64,000 bases of DNA, from the NCBI GenBank assembly GCA_038496445.1, contig JALMLS010000397.1:124001-188000 (forward strand). Reading direction: 5' to 3'. A program made the position numbers and the translations under genes. Under the pieces are notes generated by a model that saw only the letters and a program-made list of their open reading frames with translations, was not told the DNA's origin and made no database searches. Of this stretch, positions 1 to 11,795 are shown piece by piece. The stretch comes from Trichosphaerium sp. ATCC 40318. Taxonomy: Eukaryota > Protista > Tubulinea. The first letter of the stretch is position 1. Every line of letters starts with the position of its first letter.

Positions 1-186
1 CCCACCGTTGTTCTTCCTACGCTCATAATTAGCAAAATACGAATAAATATAACGCTACTATACCTCAGTAACATCGTTTATGAAGTCTGCGTCAGTTTCC
101 CAATCATCGTCGTCATCCATACCAGGATCAGGTAGTTTATTAGGATCATGGGCACCCAAGTCTTCTGGTCTACCGTAAACACTCAT
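1..186 (-). CDS. Cortactin/HS1-like protein, N-terminal acidic (Arp2/3-binding) region; continues off the window
   Basis: Exon 186-64, a 47-nt GT-AG intron (63-17) and exon 16-1 give MSVYGRPEDLGAHDPNKLPDPGMDDDDDWETDADFINDVTE|EEQRWG, matching the cortactin NTA motif [21 protein letters not shown]. Confidence 0.7.
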
Positions 187-491
187 TGTAACGGGTTTTA
201 TGTAGTTTAAAAATAGGCCAGGAAATATAAGGTAAGACAAAGTCAAACAACCCAAAAATTGAAATAAGTGATTGCCTATGAGTGCCAATCAAACTAAGTA
301 AGGAAGAGCTATGGCTGTTTCGATAGTGTCTTGCATTTTCATGCAAATCTTGGTGTATTTCTCAGTACTATAGAACTGCATGAAGCTAAGTTTTGTAACA
401 TTATTTAAGCACGTGTTTTAGACTACTTTGAATACGTCGCTATTCTTTTTGGATGTAGGCTTAACTCTTACACTTAAAATACCTTTAATCA

Positions 492-3400
492 ATGCGGATT
501 GTCTCAATACTTGTAGTACTTTGCGTGGTGGTACTAGCGCAAGTATCTACAATACGTACAAGACTACAATTTGAGGATAACTTTTTGAATTCTGTCCCGA
601 GTTCTCCCGGCGCTTCGTTGGATGTACAGCCAAGTACTAGCGCGGATAATGTTACTTTCATCGATGGTCTCTTTGGAAAAGCGTTGCGGTTCTCTACACA
701 GCGTTCTGGATCGCTATTAACGCTACGTACGCTACTTCAATGATTTTTTCAGTCACGTGTACAAAGATTCTATTAACACGTTTTCAGCTGGCAGTTTTAC
801 GCCATTCACTGCAGTACCTGCAACTTTTTCGTTGTGGATAAGGCAGTATAGATACATGCTATTTTCTCGCTCAATTTTTACATTTTCTGGTAGTGGGTTT
901 GGCATAGAGATAGATATTGGTACTCTAATCTTTTTTTTTTTTCGCTTGGATTTTTTTTTCTGATAGTCGTTTTTGTTATTGTTTAGGTGGCCTTACATGC
1001 GGTTCTCGGTGCATATCAGTTGAAGCTAGTTCTAGTGGAGAATCAGGTACACTTCAAAGAGCTTATTTAAGCGTCGTTTTAAACGATTGTTGTCTTTCAG
1101 ACGATGAAACTGGTCACGACGTATTTAATTCGAATTCTGAATGGGTATTGTTGACAATAGAGATTACAGGTCCTTCTGATGCACATGTTGTAAGCGTAAA
1201 CTGTGTGGCTACGCAGTAGCCAGTAGTAGCGAGCTATTGACTGACGAATCTTTTCTTTAGGTAAAAGTATACAGGAACAATATCCTTCTCGAAGTGCTTG
1301 ACGCTGGCGGACCAGCTCTTTCTTCAGTGTTATCAACAACACAACTATTGATTGGTGGATCTGGTGTAGATATAGATGAGTTTCGATGGTACAGTACCAT
1401 TTTTTCAAATTCAGAAAGGCACGTGCTCAGTAATGCCGCTACTTTCTTATAAGCCTCACTCAGATGTTCACAAGTCATGTGTGGAGTATTTAATGAAAAC
1501 ACTGGAGCTTGTTCATCCCCAGATTGCTCCTCATCTATTGACGGTAATCAATCGGAAAGTGGTAGCAATTTAAGCATTGTAGTCATAGGTAAACATATTA
1601 CAGTTTGTCTATTTGAAACATGATACTAAACAAACAATAGTGCTATCTGTGGTTGTATTATTGTTGCTCATTATTATCATTGCAATAGCTTCAGTATTCA
1701 TTTACAGATGCGTTGGTAGACGTAAACTAAAAACACAACATGCTACTGTTCTTAATACCATAGCAAATAGTGAAAGCGTTGGTGTGACTCCTATAGAAAC
1801 ACGTGATGCTTCACGTACGCTTTTTTTTTTCATAACACGCATTTTTCTTCATTTCCTTTTTCGTTTTATGGTCTCCTTCGTTCTTGCGGTAGCTTTGAAC
1901 GTAAACTTCATAGTAATCTATTCACATGTTATTCAGAGTCTGCTACCCGATCACAAAACCCCAGTAGGCTTACTGTGAAGCGAGGTATTGCTACAAGTAT
2001 AAACAAAGAAGATAGATACAAAGTAACAAATCCTATTTTACAATGGGTTATTCCAAGGGAGTATCTTGCATTGAAGGAAGTCATTGGTAAAGGAAAAAAT
2101 GGTCAAGTAATGCGAGCGTTATGGAATAACTATAAAAATAAAACCACCATCACGGTACGCCTAATTCTTCAGAACATATCTTTGTCAATATTGTTGTTAA
2201 TTTCTTACTGCAGGTTGCTGTTAAAAATATCCCTCCTCGGTACTCACGAAAAGATATTATGGATACTTTACGAGAAGAAGTGACAATTGCAATGTACGTC
2301 ATTACAACAACGAAAAGTCAAAAATGCAGTCTCGAGATTGATTGTCATTCAAGTGTTTCTTCTGAAAAATCTCGTGTTTGACTGATTTGTGACAAACTCG
2401 AAAAAACCTCACACCTTTTCCTGTAAAGTATAGTACACTTACAAAATCTTTATTTCAGGACAGTACCTACACACCCAAATATTGTTAAGGTATGTCACTA
2501 GTGCTATAAAAATGTGATGCTTATTTTTTTTTCTTTTATGTAGATTTTGGGTATCAGTTTTGACTCTTCTGATTCGTTAATGATGGTAATGGAGTATTGC
2601 GATGGTGGTAGTCTGCAAGGAAAGATACTGTCAGGTCAACAATTAAAAGATACACTTTATGGTATTGTAAGTGGTATGGAGCATCTTCACGCAAACAAGG
2701 TTGTACACAGGGATTTAGGTACATACACATTCCAGTTCTTTTTTTTTAGTGTTTCCCATGAGTTTTCACGTGATTCACGAGCAACAAATGTTTATTTCGT
2801 ATGCGCGCGTTCACTGGAAACCAATAGAAGTAACAAACAAGAATTAAAGGGCATGTTGTGTCACGTTAGTGATCACAAACAGCTTCCAGTTTTTTTCAAA
2901 TTATTTCCCACCAGCGTTGAACTAAAGTATAGTTAACTAACCTGTTTTTTTTTAGCGGCAAGGAATATATTAGTTCATGAAGGGGGTGTAAGAATATCTG
3001 ATTTCGGTTTCAGTAGACAAATGAACAGTGTAGACCAGGTTCAAACAACACAACTAGAATTTGGACCTTTGAGATGGATGGCTCCAGGTACGCTGTTGTC
3101 ACTATCTGTTTGTTTCCTGCTATTGTTGTTTTCTCACTAATCACGTTTTTTTAATAGAATTTCTAAAGAAACAATATTCTCTTTTATCTGATGTGTGGTC
3201 TTTTGGTATTGTAATATACGAGTTAGTTGTACGTCTTTTTTTTTGTTTTTTTCGCAACCAACTACTGCAATTGAAAAACAAAATCCTAAACGGGTTTCTG
3301 CTTCTATATTTTCTTCAAGTATACTACCAATACAAGTATAAAACAGACACGATTTTGTTGAAAAAGTAGCAGTAAAATCAATTGATTATTAACGTTTTAT

Positions 3401-3748
3401 GTTCATACAAATCTCTGAAGCTGTTGAACTGAATTATTTTGTAGACTGGAGAGGAACCTTACAGAGGACATAACATGCTTGAAACAGCAATAAAAATCAG
3501 GGATCACGGATACCACCCAACACTACCTAGTAATACTCCTAAATGGATTGTAGAAATCGCAAAGTACGTAGCAATCATCATTGTTTACCAACAACTTTTA
3601 CACGTATCACGTGTTTTTCAGAAGTTTTTCCACTTTTCATATCTTTTTGTACAATGATTTGCTAACCGGTTTTTTTAGCTTTTGTTGGATGTATTCACCT
3701 CAAGAAAGGCTGAGTTTTACAGGATTAAAACAGCGTATACCTGTATGA
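492..3748 (+). CDS. Receptor-type tyrosine kinase(-like): signal peptide, LamG/concanavalin-like ectodomain, TM helix, kinase domain (multi-exon)
   Basis: Signal peptide MRIVSILVVLCVVVLA; GLFGKALRF/FSLWIR ectodomain motifs; TM LSVVVLLLLIIIIAIASVFIY; kinase motifs GKGKNG, VAVK, HPNIV, VVHRDLAARN (spliced), ISDFG, GPLRWMAPE, SDVWSFG, CW. Confidence 0.85.
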
Positions 3749-4156
3749 AAGAAAAAAAAAGAATATAACATGTTTTCACCGATATGCATGGCAAGCAACT
3801 ACCTTCTACCGGTAATGTACATATTGAATCAATTAATAAACATACTACAATACATAATAGCCTTTCATAAACGAGAAAAGTATCACATGTAACCCTCATT
3901 AGATCAACTATTCCATCCTCAATCTGCAACTACGACGGTCTAACCTACCACCATGGTTTTCAATCACTTGGCACTTGAGGTGCCGTAATACATTAATTGA
4001 TGACCAATATCCCTTGAGTGTGTCCCTGTGATTACACTTTGATCACTAGACGCAACCTTGTTCTTTAGTTAGTTTTGATTGAATTTGGTTAGGGGTTACT
4101 GGGATATTTGTTATACAACCATGGATTGTGGGTTGGGAGGCTGATTTTTGCTTGCT

Positions 4157-4199
4157 ATCTGAAGGGTTGTCGTATACTGTCGTTGGACCTGGTCCATAT
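4157..4199. repeat. Short dispersed repeat, copy 1 (copy 2 at 5640-5691)
   Basis: atctgaagggttgtcgtatactgtcgttggacctggtccata vs atctgaagggttgttgttgtcgtatactactgtcgttggatctggtccata. Confidence 0.75.
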
Positions 4200-4254
4200 G
4201 TAGTCTGTGATATTCGTTGTAATCTATCAAGTATCAACTTACTTTGACACAATT

Positions 4255-5230
4255 TCAATACAGTAGCATATTTGCTATCTTGTCAAACAGAAATTGTTCG
4301 ACTTGAAGGCCACAACACCTTACGAACTCTATGCAATTTTTTTTGTACATAGGAATGGTAGGCTGGCTCCTGTTTTCATGTATGTACTGATTACGGCCAT
4401 CGACAATGAGCGTCAGAAGCAGGAAAGCTCTTTTTGGATTCGGAATTACCCAAGCAAAAGTGCTTTTCCAGCAATCTGTCGGAACCCACACGCCGGCGAT
4501 TTTTAGTTGTTGTATTTCGCGGTAAACAGTTATATCCGATCCTTTCCCAGGGCGCTTCCAAAACCAATGGGGATACTTCATCTACATGAGTATATACCCT
4601 CCACAGAGCTTTAATTGCGAGCCACCTTACAAAGAAGCTAGCTGTACTTTTTGTTGGCAGACATTTTATCGACAACAACTCAGAGCTTGTATTCGTTCCA
4701 TTTTTAAACTCTGGAAGTTTCAAAACCGGGTAGCTGTGAAAAGTTAGGTTAGTTTAATAGCACAAAGAAATGGTGATAGCGTACTTGTTGTCAGCGACAC
4801 TCGGTAGTTTGGTTCTAGGTACAAGTCAAAATATTGATACAATAAAAACAAAAAAAACAAAACCGACGTACCTTGTGCACTTAGCTCCATTGTCAGGTCT
4901 GCTTCGGTATTCTATATCCTTTTCCCCATTGGGTTGTACTTACGTTCACTACATGAGTGAGAAACAAAAAAAATATCACGTTGTTTGTAGTGACATACTC
5001 ACTGTACTTTGGCCTGATGTAGCTGTCTTTGTTTGGTTTCGATTGTAAGTAGCTCCTTCTTGTATCGTCTGTTTCGGGGGTAACACGTTTGTTATCTACA
5101 ATACACTTAGCGAGTGAATACTAACACAACGTACAGCTTCCAAACGATAGTGAGTTTGATGCCGGTGCATTTGCTCCCCGAACTGCTCGATTGCTTTTTT
5201 GACGTCACTGGTTCATGTCTTGTTCTTTTA
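4255..5230 (-). CDS. Hypothetical multi-exon protein (5' end unresolved)
   Basis: Open exons bounded by GT/AG signals; terminal exon ORF 4581-4255; no recognisable domain. Confidence 0.35.
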
Positions 5231-5639
5231 GTGTGTGTAGGAGATATTGGTTTTCATTATTAACCACTTAACACATACTTTATCAAGTTGTCATAGCGCT
5301 AGTAGTGGTTTAAAACTTGAATTAATTAAATCCAGACATTCGTTCAATTTCTATTTTATCAAATCAATCACGTTTTTTTTTGATTTTTTGTTTTTCGCAA
5401 CGGTACCAAGCACAATTCAGAATACTGGAGACAGTATCTAGCGATTTATTAAAACAACGCAGTGCTTTACGATTTGGGAGGGAACTAGGATGTATAAAAT
5501 ATCAATTTTTTTGGTGTAAAAATAATAAACCCAGGGTTGGTTTATTTACTTTTTTAACATTTGCTGAGAATGCGTATTTGCTTCTTTTAGATCACGGATT
5601 TCTAATTAATTGATGTCACATTTTGAGTAAATTTTATTT

Positions 5640-5691
5640 ATCTGAAGGGTTGTTGTTGTCGTATACTACTGTCGTTGGATCTGGTCCATAT
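5640..5691. repeat. Short dispersed repeat, copy 2
   Basis: Same sequence as 4157-4199, with TGT and TAC triplet expansions. Confidence 0.75.
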
Positions 5692-5781
5692 TGTTCAAAC
5701 GTCTGAAATGTGCTGCATATTCAGTCCTAAACTTTGGGTTCATTTTATTGGCTCTCTCGTTTTCCCAAACACACGTAATAT

Positions 5782-8317
5782 TCATATAGTATCAACATAA
5801 AATCCATTGTCAATTGTTGATTCTAGATCAGGGAACACTAAATCAGATTCATTCAGTTTAAAAAAATCAATCTCAACTGGTAAAGTATCATCAGGTGTAT
5901 TGATTCTTTGATTATTATCAATTAATAACCCGTATGAGTCATGTGTTGTATCTTCAAGCTTATATAACTTATTGAATAATGATGTCTTATCATAAGGTAA
6001 GGAAACCTCATCAGCCAGTAGAACTAGTGACCTATAATTTTTGTCAACATAAACTTCTTTTTTTTTTTGGTTCAACTTCAAAAAACTGCTTCACCTGCGA
6101 TTGTGTAGGCAAGTACTTTGTCACAATATATAAAATAGAAACACGTACCGTATTAAATTACTATTAGTCTTACCATACCGATCATGGAGCACCTCCAGCG
6201 CCTTATTCAAAGCGTAAACACAAAATTCAAGAAAAAAAAAGGAAAAAGTTTGTACCTCCTGAAAGAATTCAATATCGCCAGCATGAATAGCAATGGAGCA
6301 TATATCATGAATAGCGTATTTATGTAAAGGGCATTCAAACAATGTTTCTCTCATTAACTTAAACAGTGCCTTTCCGCGCTAAATAAACGAAACAAGTCAG
6401 CAAAAACCAAAACAATAATCCAATAGAACTCTTTACATCGAAATTAACCAAAACCACGTACCTTCAACGCTTCATATGTATTACCAACACCATAATAACT
6501 AAGTATCATACAAATTTTAGCTAACACTAACCAATTTTGTGATATTAAAGGATGAGCATTTGTAATACTTTGTAGACCAAACTTTTTGGCTAAAGATATC
6601 TCAAGCATGAAGCTTGCAAACGTGTCTTCTGACTATATAGCTGATGTTATTAACCATGCAATGGCTAAAAAGCAAGATTAGTACGTACTATTTTATGTAG
6701 ACGAAAACCAACAGATCCTGATGTTGAATATTGACCGCGGCCAGACAACCTGACTTGATGCGAAATAGTCATCCAAATCTGTTTGAGTTTTTGAGTTTTT
6801 GAGTTGATTTAAACAATGTACCTTTCCTACAGAAACCCATCCAAGTTGAAGAATTAACGGTGGTGGAAGGGCCTCAGGTGAACCTTGTGCTAAGTGAGCA
6901 ATCTCATTTGAAGCACTCATTACTCTGCTAAGTGCTTCATCCCTAAGAAAATGCTGAGCCTTGTTCATAAAGTATCCAAAACAGTAAAGCAGTTCCCTAC
7001 CTATCAGTGAACATGAGAGGATTGAATAATCTACATCTCCGTTGTGCATGCTTGAAATATGTATATTCTTTATAACAAGGATCTTTCGCTAACCGGTCAA
7101 ACATTTCTAAACACGAAAATTGTAAGAAAAATCGGTTTAACAAGTTTCGCAAACTACATCTTACCTGATCCTTGTGTTAGATAATTTGAAGCTTTATTAT
7201 CAGGTGGAGTTGCCTCAAAGAACCCTGCATCGCCTCCAAGTAACATTAACCCACCTAGAACCAGAAGTAAGTCACATAGCAATCAATTGTATTCTCAAAG
7301 GTACCAGCAACACTAGGATGACTCACATGTGATACAGAGCGTGCAGTACGCTCAGCTAAATCATAAAAATGTTTCGAATGGACAGGAAAGCCCTCTTTGG
7401 AGCCCAAAGCAAGTATGGTTAACACTTCAAAAAGATGTGGATCTGATGACCAAGCTATGAATAGTTTGTTATAATACTTCGATAAAATATCGAGTACTTG
7501 TGCAAGTCTGAAAAGATTCAATGATACTCTGCGGTGTCCAGAAAGATTTGAGTGGAATACCCTACACAACATGTTATAATAGAGAATGAGCAAAACTAGT
7601 GTTACTCTCAAAGATGTTGAACAGTGCTTCAAAGTTGCAAAAGAAGACAACGAGCAGACAAAGTAAAAACGGAAAAATGCTAATGTACGTACATATTGAT
7701 AGTAATATCTGGCATTGTATAATTTAAGCCAACAAGATACATGTGCAGTTAAACTCAAATGGGCAGACAGACTCCAAAGAGTAGACTAATTAAATAAGAG
7801 ACCTCCAACGAAAAAAAAAAAAAAAAACCCAAATCGGTAAAAACCACGTGCCTGTTGGTTGACAACGCGCTCATACATTTGACGCCAGTAATTAGTTTCC
7901 TTGTTTTGTAGTGCAAGCTCTTCGCGTAATTTCTTAATCTCTGCGTTCTTTACGGTACCTTGAAGAGATGTTAGCAATAAAACAAGTGAGAATCGAAGCA
8001 AACACGCGGAAAAACTGGTGGGCGTATTAGAAACAACTGCTAACTGAGCGTACTTAGCATAGGACCTCTTTTTTTAGGTGCAGAGTAAACACAAACGGCG
8101 TTCTTCTTTAAACATCGTGCGCATGGCGCTTTACCATCACATTTGGCATGACTTGTTCTACATGCTAAACAAGCGCGGCTAAGTCGTTTTGGTTTACCCG
8201 AGTTTAATTTTCGTTTTTTTGTTGGCGTTTCTGTTATGTTACACTCTGGTGCGTCGATAGGTGTATTATGGAGCCTATTTCCGTCAGATTACGTATAATT
8301 ACGTGTAATATGTACAT
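5782..8317 (-). CDS. Zn(2)-Cys(6) binuclear-cluster transcription factor (multi-exon)
   Basis: About 8170-8060 encodes RACLACRTSHAKCDGKAPCARCLKKNAVCVYSAPKKRGP (C-x2-C-x6-C-x5-C-x2-C-x6-C), followed by a coiled coil (EIKKLREELALQNKE) and a long helical region; the zinc-cluster exon is absent from the ORF track. Confidence 0.85.
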
Positions 8318-8624
8318 GATGCGCTATAAAACCTGTTTCTAACAATACAGTGTAAAGGAACCTACCTATACAATAACAATAAGGAAATTGGGAGGAGAAC
8401 GAAGGATTTCACAAAACGAGTTGACTTAACTTGAGAATAAAACGTTTTTTTGGAGATGTCAACGAAGCGGTTTCAGCTTTAACAACTTTTTGGTGTAAAC
8501 GGTTTAGACCCAAAGCGAATCCGTTATCAAACATGGAAAAAAAGAGCATTGGGATGAAGGAATTAGTTTCGTTTCTTGGTTTTTTTGTTAAGCATTGTCT
8601 TACTAAAATACCTTAGAAGAAATA

Positions 8625-8690
8625 GCTGTTACCGATGAAGGCTTGAAGACCTTGGCAGGAGTACACACCATCAACTTGTCATCTTGTTTT
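8625..8690 (+). pseudogene. LRR gene remnant related to 30856-32346
   Basis: Encodes VTDEGLKTLAGVHTINLSS, compare VTVDGIKALAGVHKISLS; no surrounding ORF. Confidence 0.55.
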
Positions 8691-8875
8691 TCGATTTCTG
8701 CCTATAAATTATTGTTAACAACTTCCCATCAAAGTTCATATCCTTGTAGTGGTCTAGACCTCTTAGGCTTCATGTTTAAAAACCCATGTTTACTAAACAA
8801 GAACAGCCTCAAACATTAAATACAAATTACTATTTATTTATGTACAGTCTTGGATCTTTTTTTGCATTTTTGTTG

Positions 8876-11516
8876 TTAAAAGTAGGATGAGGGGACCCAT
8901 CCTTGCTCTCCTTTTATTTCTGCTAACCACCATCCTGAATCATCCCTATCTATGATACCTATCTTCTCCCCAGCCTTAAAACCTGAAAATAAATCAGAAA
9001 AAAGTGAGAAACAAATATTGACTTAAACGTGGTTCAGCTGCGCGCTTGTTCACGGATTTTAAAGCTATCAATAGGAAGATGGGTTATAGGTTATACGTAC
9101 TAAGTTTTTTGCTTTCACCAAATTGTTCATCAGGTGCTGTCTCATAACCGAATTTAGCAACAACCCACTCTTTTATTGTATCATCAAAAGAGTCATATTC
9201 GCCATCTTCAGTTGTAATGAATTTTCTAGGACTAGACATTGATGTACTCAATGGATCTCGTTTACAAGGTCCACAAACTCTTACAGCTTTCTTTAATAGT
9301 AACATTAGCGAAGGGAATGGATTTAGAAAATTGTTCGGAAAAAAAAAAAGAAAAACGTACAAATCCTTGACCTGGTAATAACTTTCGTGATTTAGAGCAA
9401 TCTCCACAAACAACGCAACCACACTGGCGACAGTGATGCTAAAAATACATTAGAATGATTATAACACAGTCTACAAGAACGTACTCTTCTGAAAAAAGTT
9501 GTGAATTTGGCTTTACATATTGAGCAATGCTTGCTTTCGTTATCAGGAACCCAAACAGGAGCTACTGCTGTTGGTTTTGGTTTACCTCTATTGAGGGTAG
9601 TTTCTTTCAATTCTAGGTTATCAACAGCCTTTCTTATTTCTGTTAACCACTCGTATTTCTCTTCTACAGAGTTTGCAAGTAGAACAAACGATTTAGATTC
9701 ACTGCGTAGTTGAAAAGCATTGAATAATTTTCTTGTTGCTACACGTAAATAAGTCCGACAATAAGCAAGTAGTGAATCAACAGCTACGTGATTGGTTTTG
9801 AAAAGGAACTTCTGGTACGTACGTTCGTCAGGTATGTCGTTAAGAGCTACTGCAATTAATGGAAGCATTGTTATGTTTGTATAATGCTTGCTAGGTAATA
9901 ACGTAGCATAAAGAACCAGATCGGAGAACAAGAAGAATCTACGCTTCTTCCTATCCTTCCTACATACTTTCTTCAAATCTCCTTCCTTAATAAACAATCT
10001 TCCTGGCTTAATGATTTCAACTTTTTCTAACTTTTTTTGAATACGGCATAACTTCTGCCTATTCTCTGCATCTTTGATACTTGTATTAACATCATCAGCA
10101 ACAAGTTTCATTTCTGTAAGAGCTTTGTTCAGATTATTAAAATCAGGATGAGTATTTTCTGTTTTTTTCAAGTAATCCTCAATAAGTAACTTGTATCGAG
10201 GAATTCCTAGTTCAAGAGCATAAGTTAAGTGTCTACCATATTTTTTCTCGAAATAAACTATTCAAACTCTACAACAATACGTACTTTGTACTGGCATAAT
10301 AAGAAATGAAGCGAGGTTTAACCCTCCAGAACGTGGATCGTTCTTTAAAGTTTCTAATAATTCTTTAATTTTAGGCTTATTCTCAAACTCATCCAAGGTC
10401 TTTAGACCTTCCTCATATGCGGCTGCATATTGTTTATACATTTTTAAGAATGGAGTCTAAATAAAATGTCAGATTCCAAGAAAAAAATTAGTTGTGAAGA
10501 AAATAATAAGTACCATCTTCAAAAGACAGTCTCCAAGCGTAGTTGTGGTCTCATTAAATGATTGTAGACGCTGGAGTAACTCTCCTAGTAATACAGCGTT
10601 TACTTGTAAAATATCTTCGATATTCATGAACGCCTTTGACAAGTCTTCTTTTGACATTTGAAAATCCTCATTTAGCTCAATATACTTCCCAAGTGGTTGC
10701 TTGTACAACTACAATAATTCAATAAGGTATAAGAGTTTATCCAAGCGTCGTACGTTACGCGCAATAAGAAGTGACTTGTAGTACGATTGCTCAGAGCTTA
10801 AAATCTCTAAAGCTATTTTTGTGCGTTGGCTACCTAACCCACAAGGAGGTGTAACGGGTTGTAATAAAGGTATATCAAGCCAACCATCTACAAAAAAAAA
10901 TCGTCAGATGGCGTTTCAAACCACTCAAACAAAGCGCTAAACCTACCTTCTACACAACCCATTATCCCTGCACCCTCAATGACTTGGCTGTTACGATTTC
11001 CTGCCTGCAGTATGCTTTCTGAAACTTTGCTGACAATCCTATTGCCAACAGATGAAGAACGCCTTCGCTTGCCTGTTGGAGTGCCTGGCTGTAATTTAGG
11101 GGTACTCTTGTGGCGTTTGTTAATTGGTGATGGAGCTGCCAAAAAATCGCCGGCGCCTGCAGCTATAGTACGCTGTCAAATACTGTTTAACATCCTAAAG
11201 TGGCATGTACCTGGTTGGTTCCTTGTGGGAGGTATCAAACTACTGTGTGACACGCAGTAACTGTTTGGTTGTGGTCTTTTGGGTAAAGAGCGTTTCACCA
11301 TAGGTATTGAAAGCGTTGGTCTCTTTCCTAGGCCTTTTCTGCCTGCTTTAGGAAGTGGTCTTGGCTTCTTTTTTCCAAAAGCAGCGGGGCTTGCTCCAGC
11401 TCGATTTTTAGGACCCCCAAACTTTGCAGGTGCCCTATAATCAAGTAAGAGTTTTGTAAATTGAATTACTGCGCCAACCTTCCTCTTCCTCCTCGCGCTG
11501 TTGTTCTTGTGCGCAT
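8876..11516 (-). CDS. FGD-like Rho GEF: Pro-rich N-terminus, DH, PH, FYVE, SH3 (multi-exon)
   Basis: EILSSEQSYY, FLIMPVQRIPRYKLL (DH); KEGDLKK...FFLFSD...EEKYEW (PH); [30 protein letters not shown]...CGPC (FYVE); DDSGWW...GWVPSSYF* (SH3). Confidence 0.9.
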
Positions 11517-11795
11517 ATTGTTGCTTTTCAAAGGTTAAAACACAAAACAAAAACTATCAACCTATACGGCGTTTAGAGCGACGTAAACAAACGCGTAGGT
11601 AACTGTACCAGAATTTTTGTTGCCTAAAGCCTATCCAGGCACGTAGTAGCCTAGTCTGATGACTTTTTTTATTTTCTGACAAATAAAGCCAAGAAAACGG
11701 TTGACTTTATGACAGCTTAGCAATTCGTCTACACGTTAACACAAGCAACTAATAATATGCACCAAACCAAACTTTACAGCGTACAAAAACTTTTA

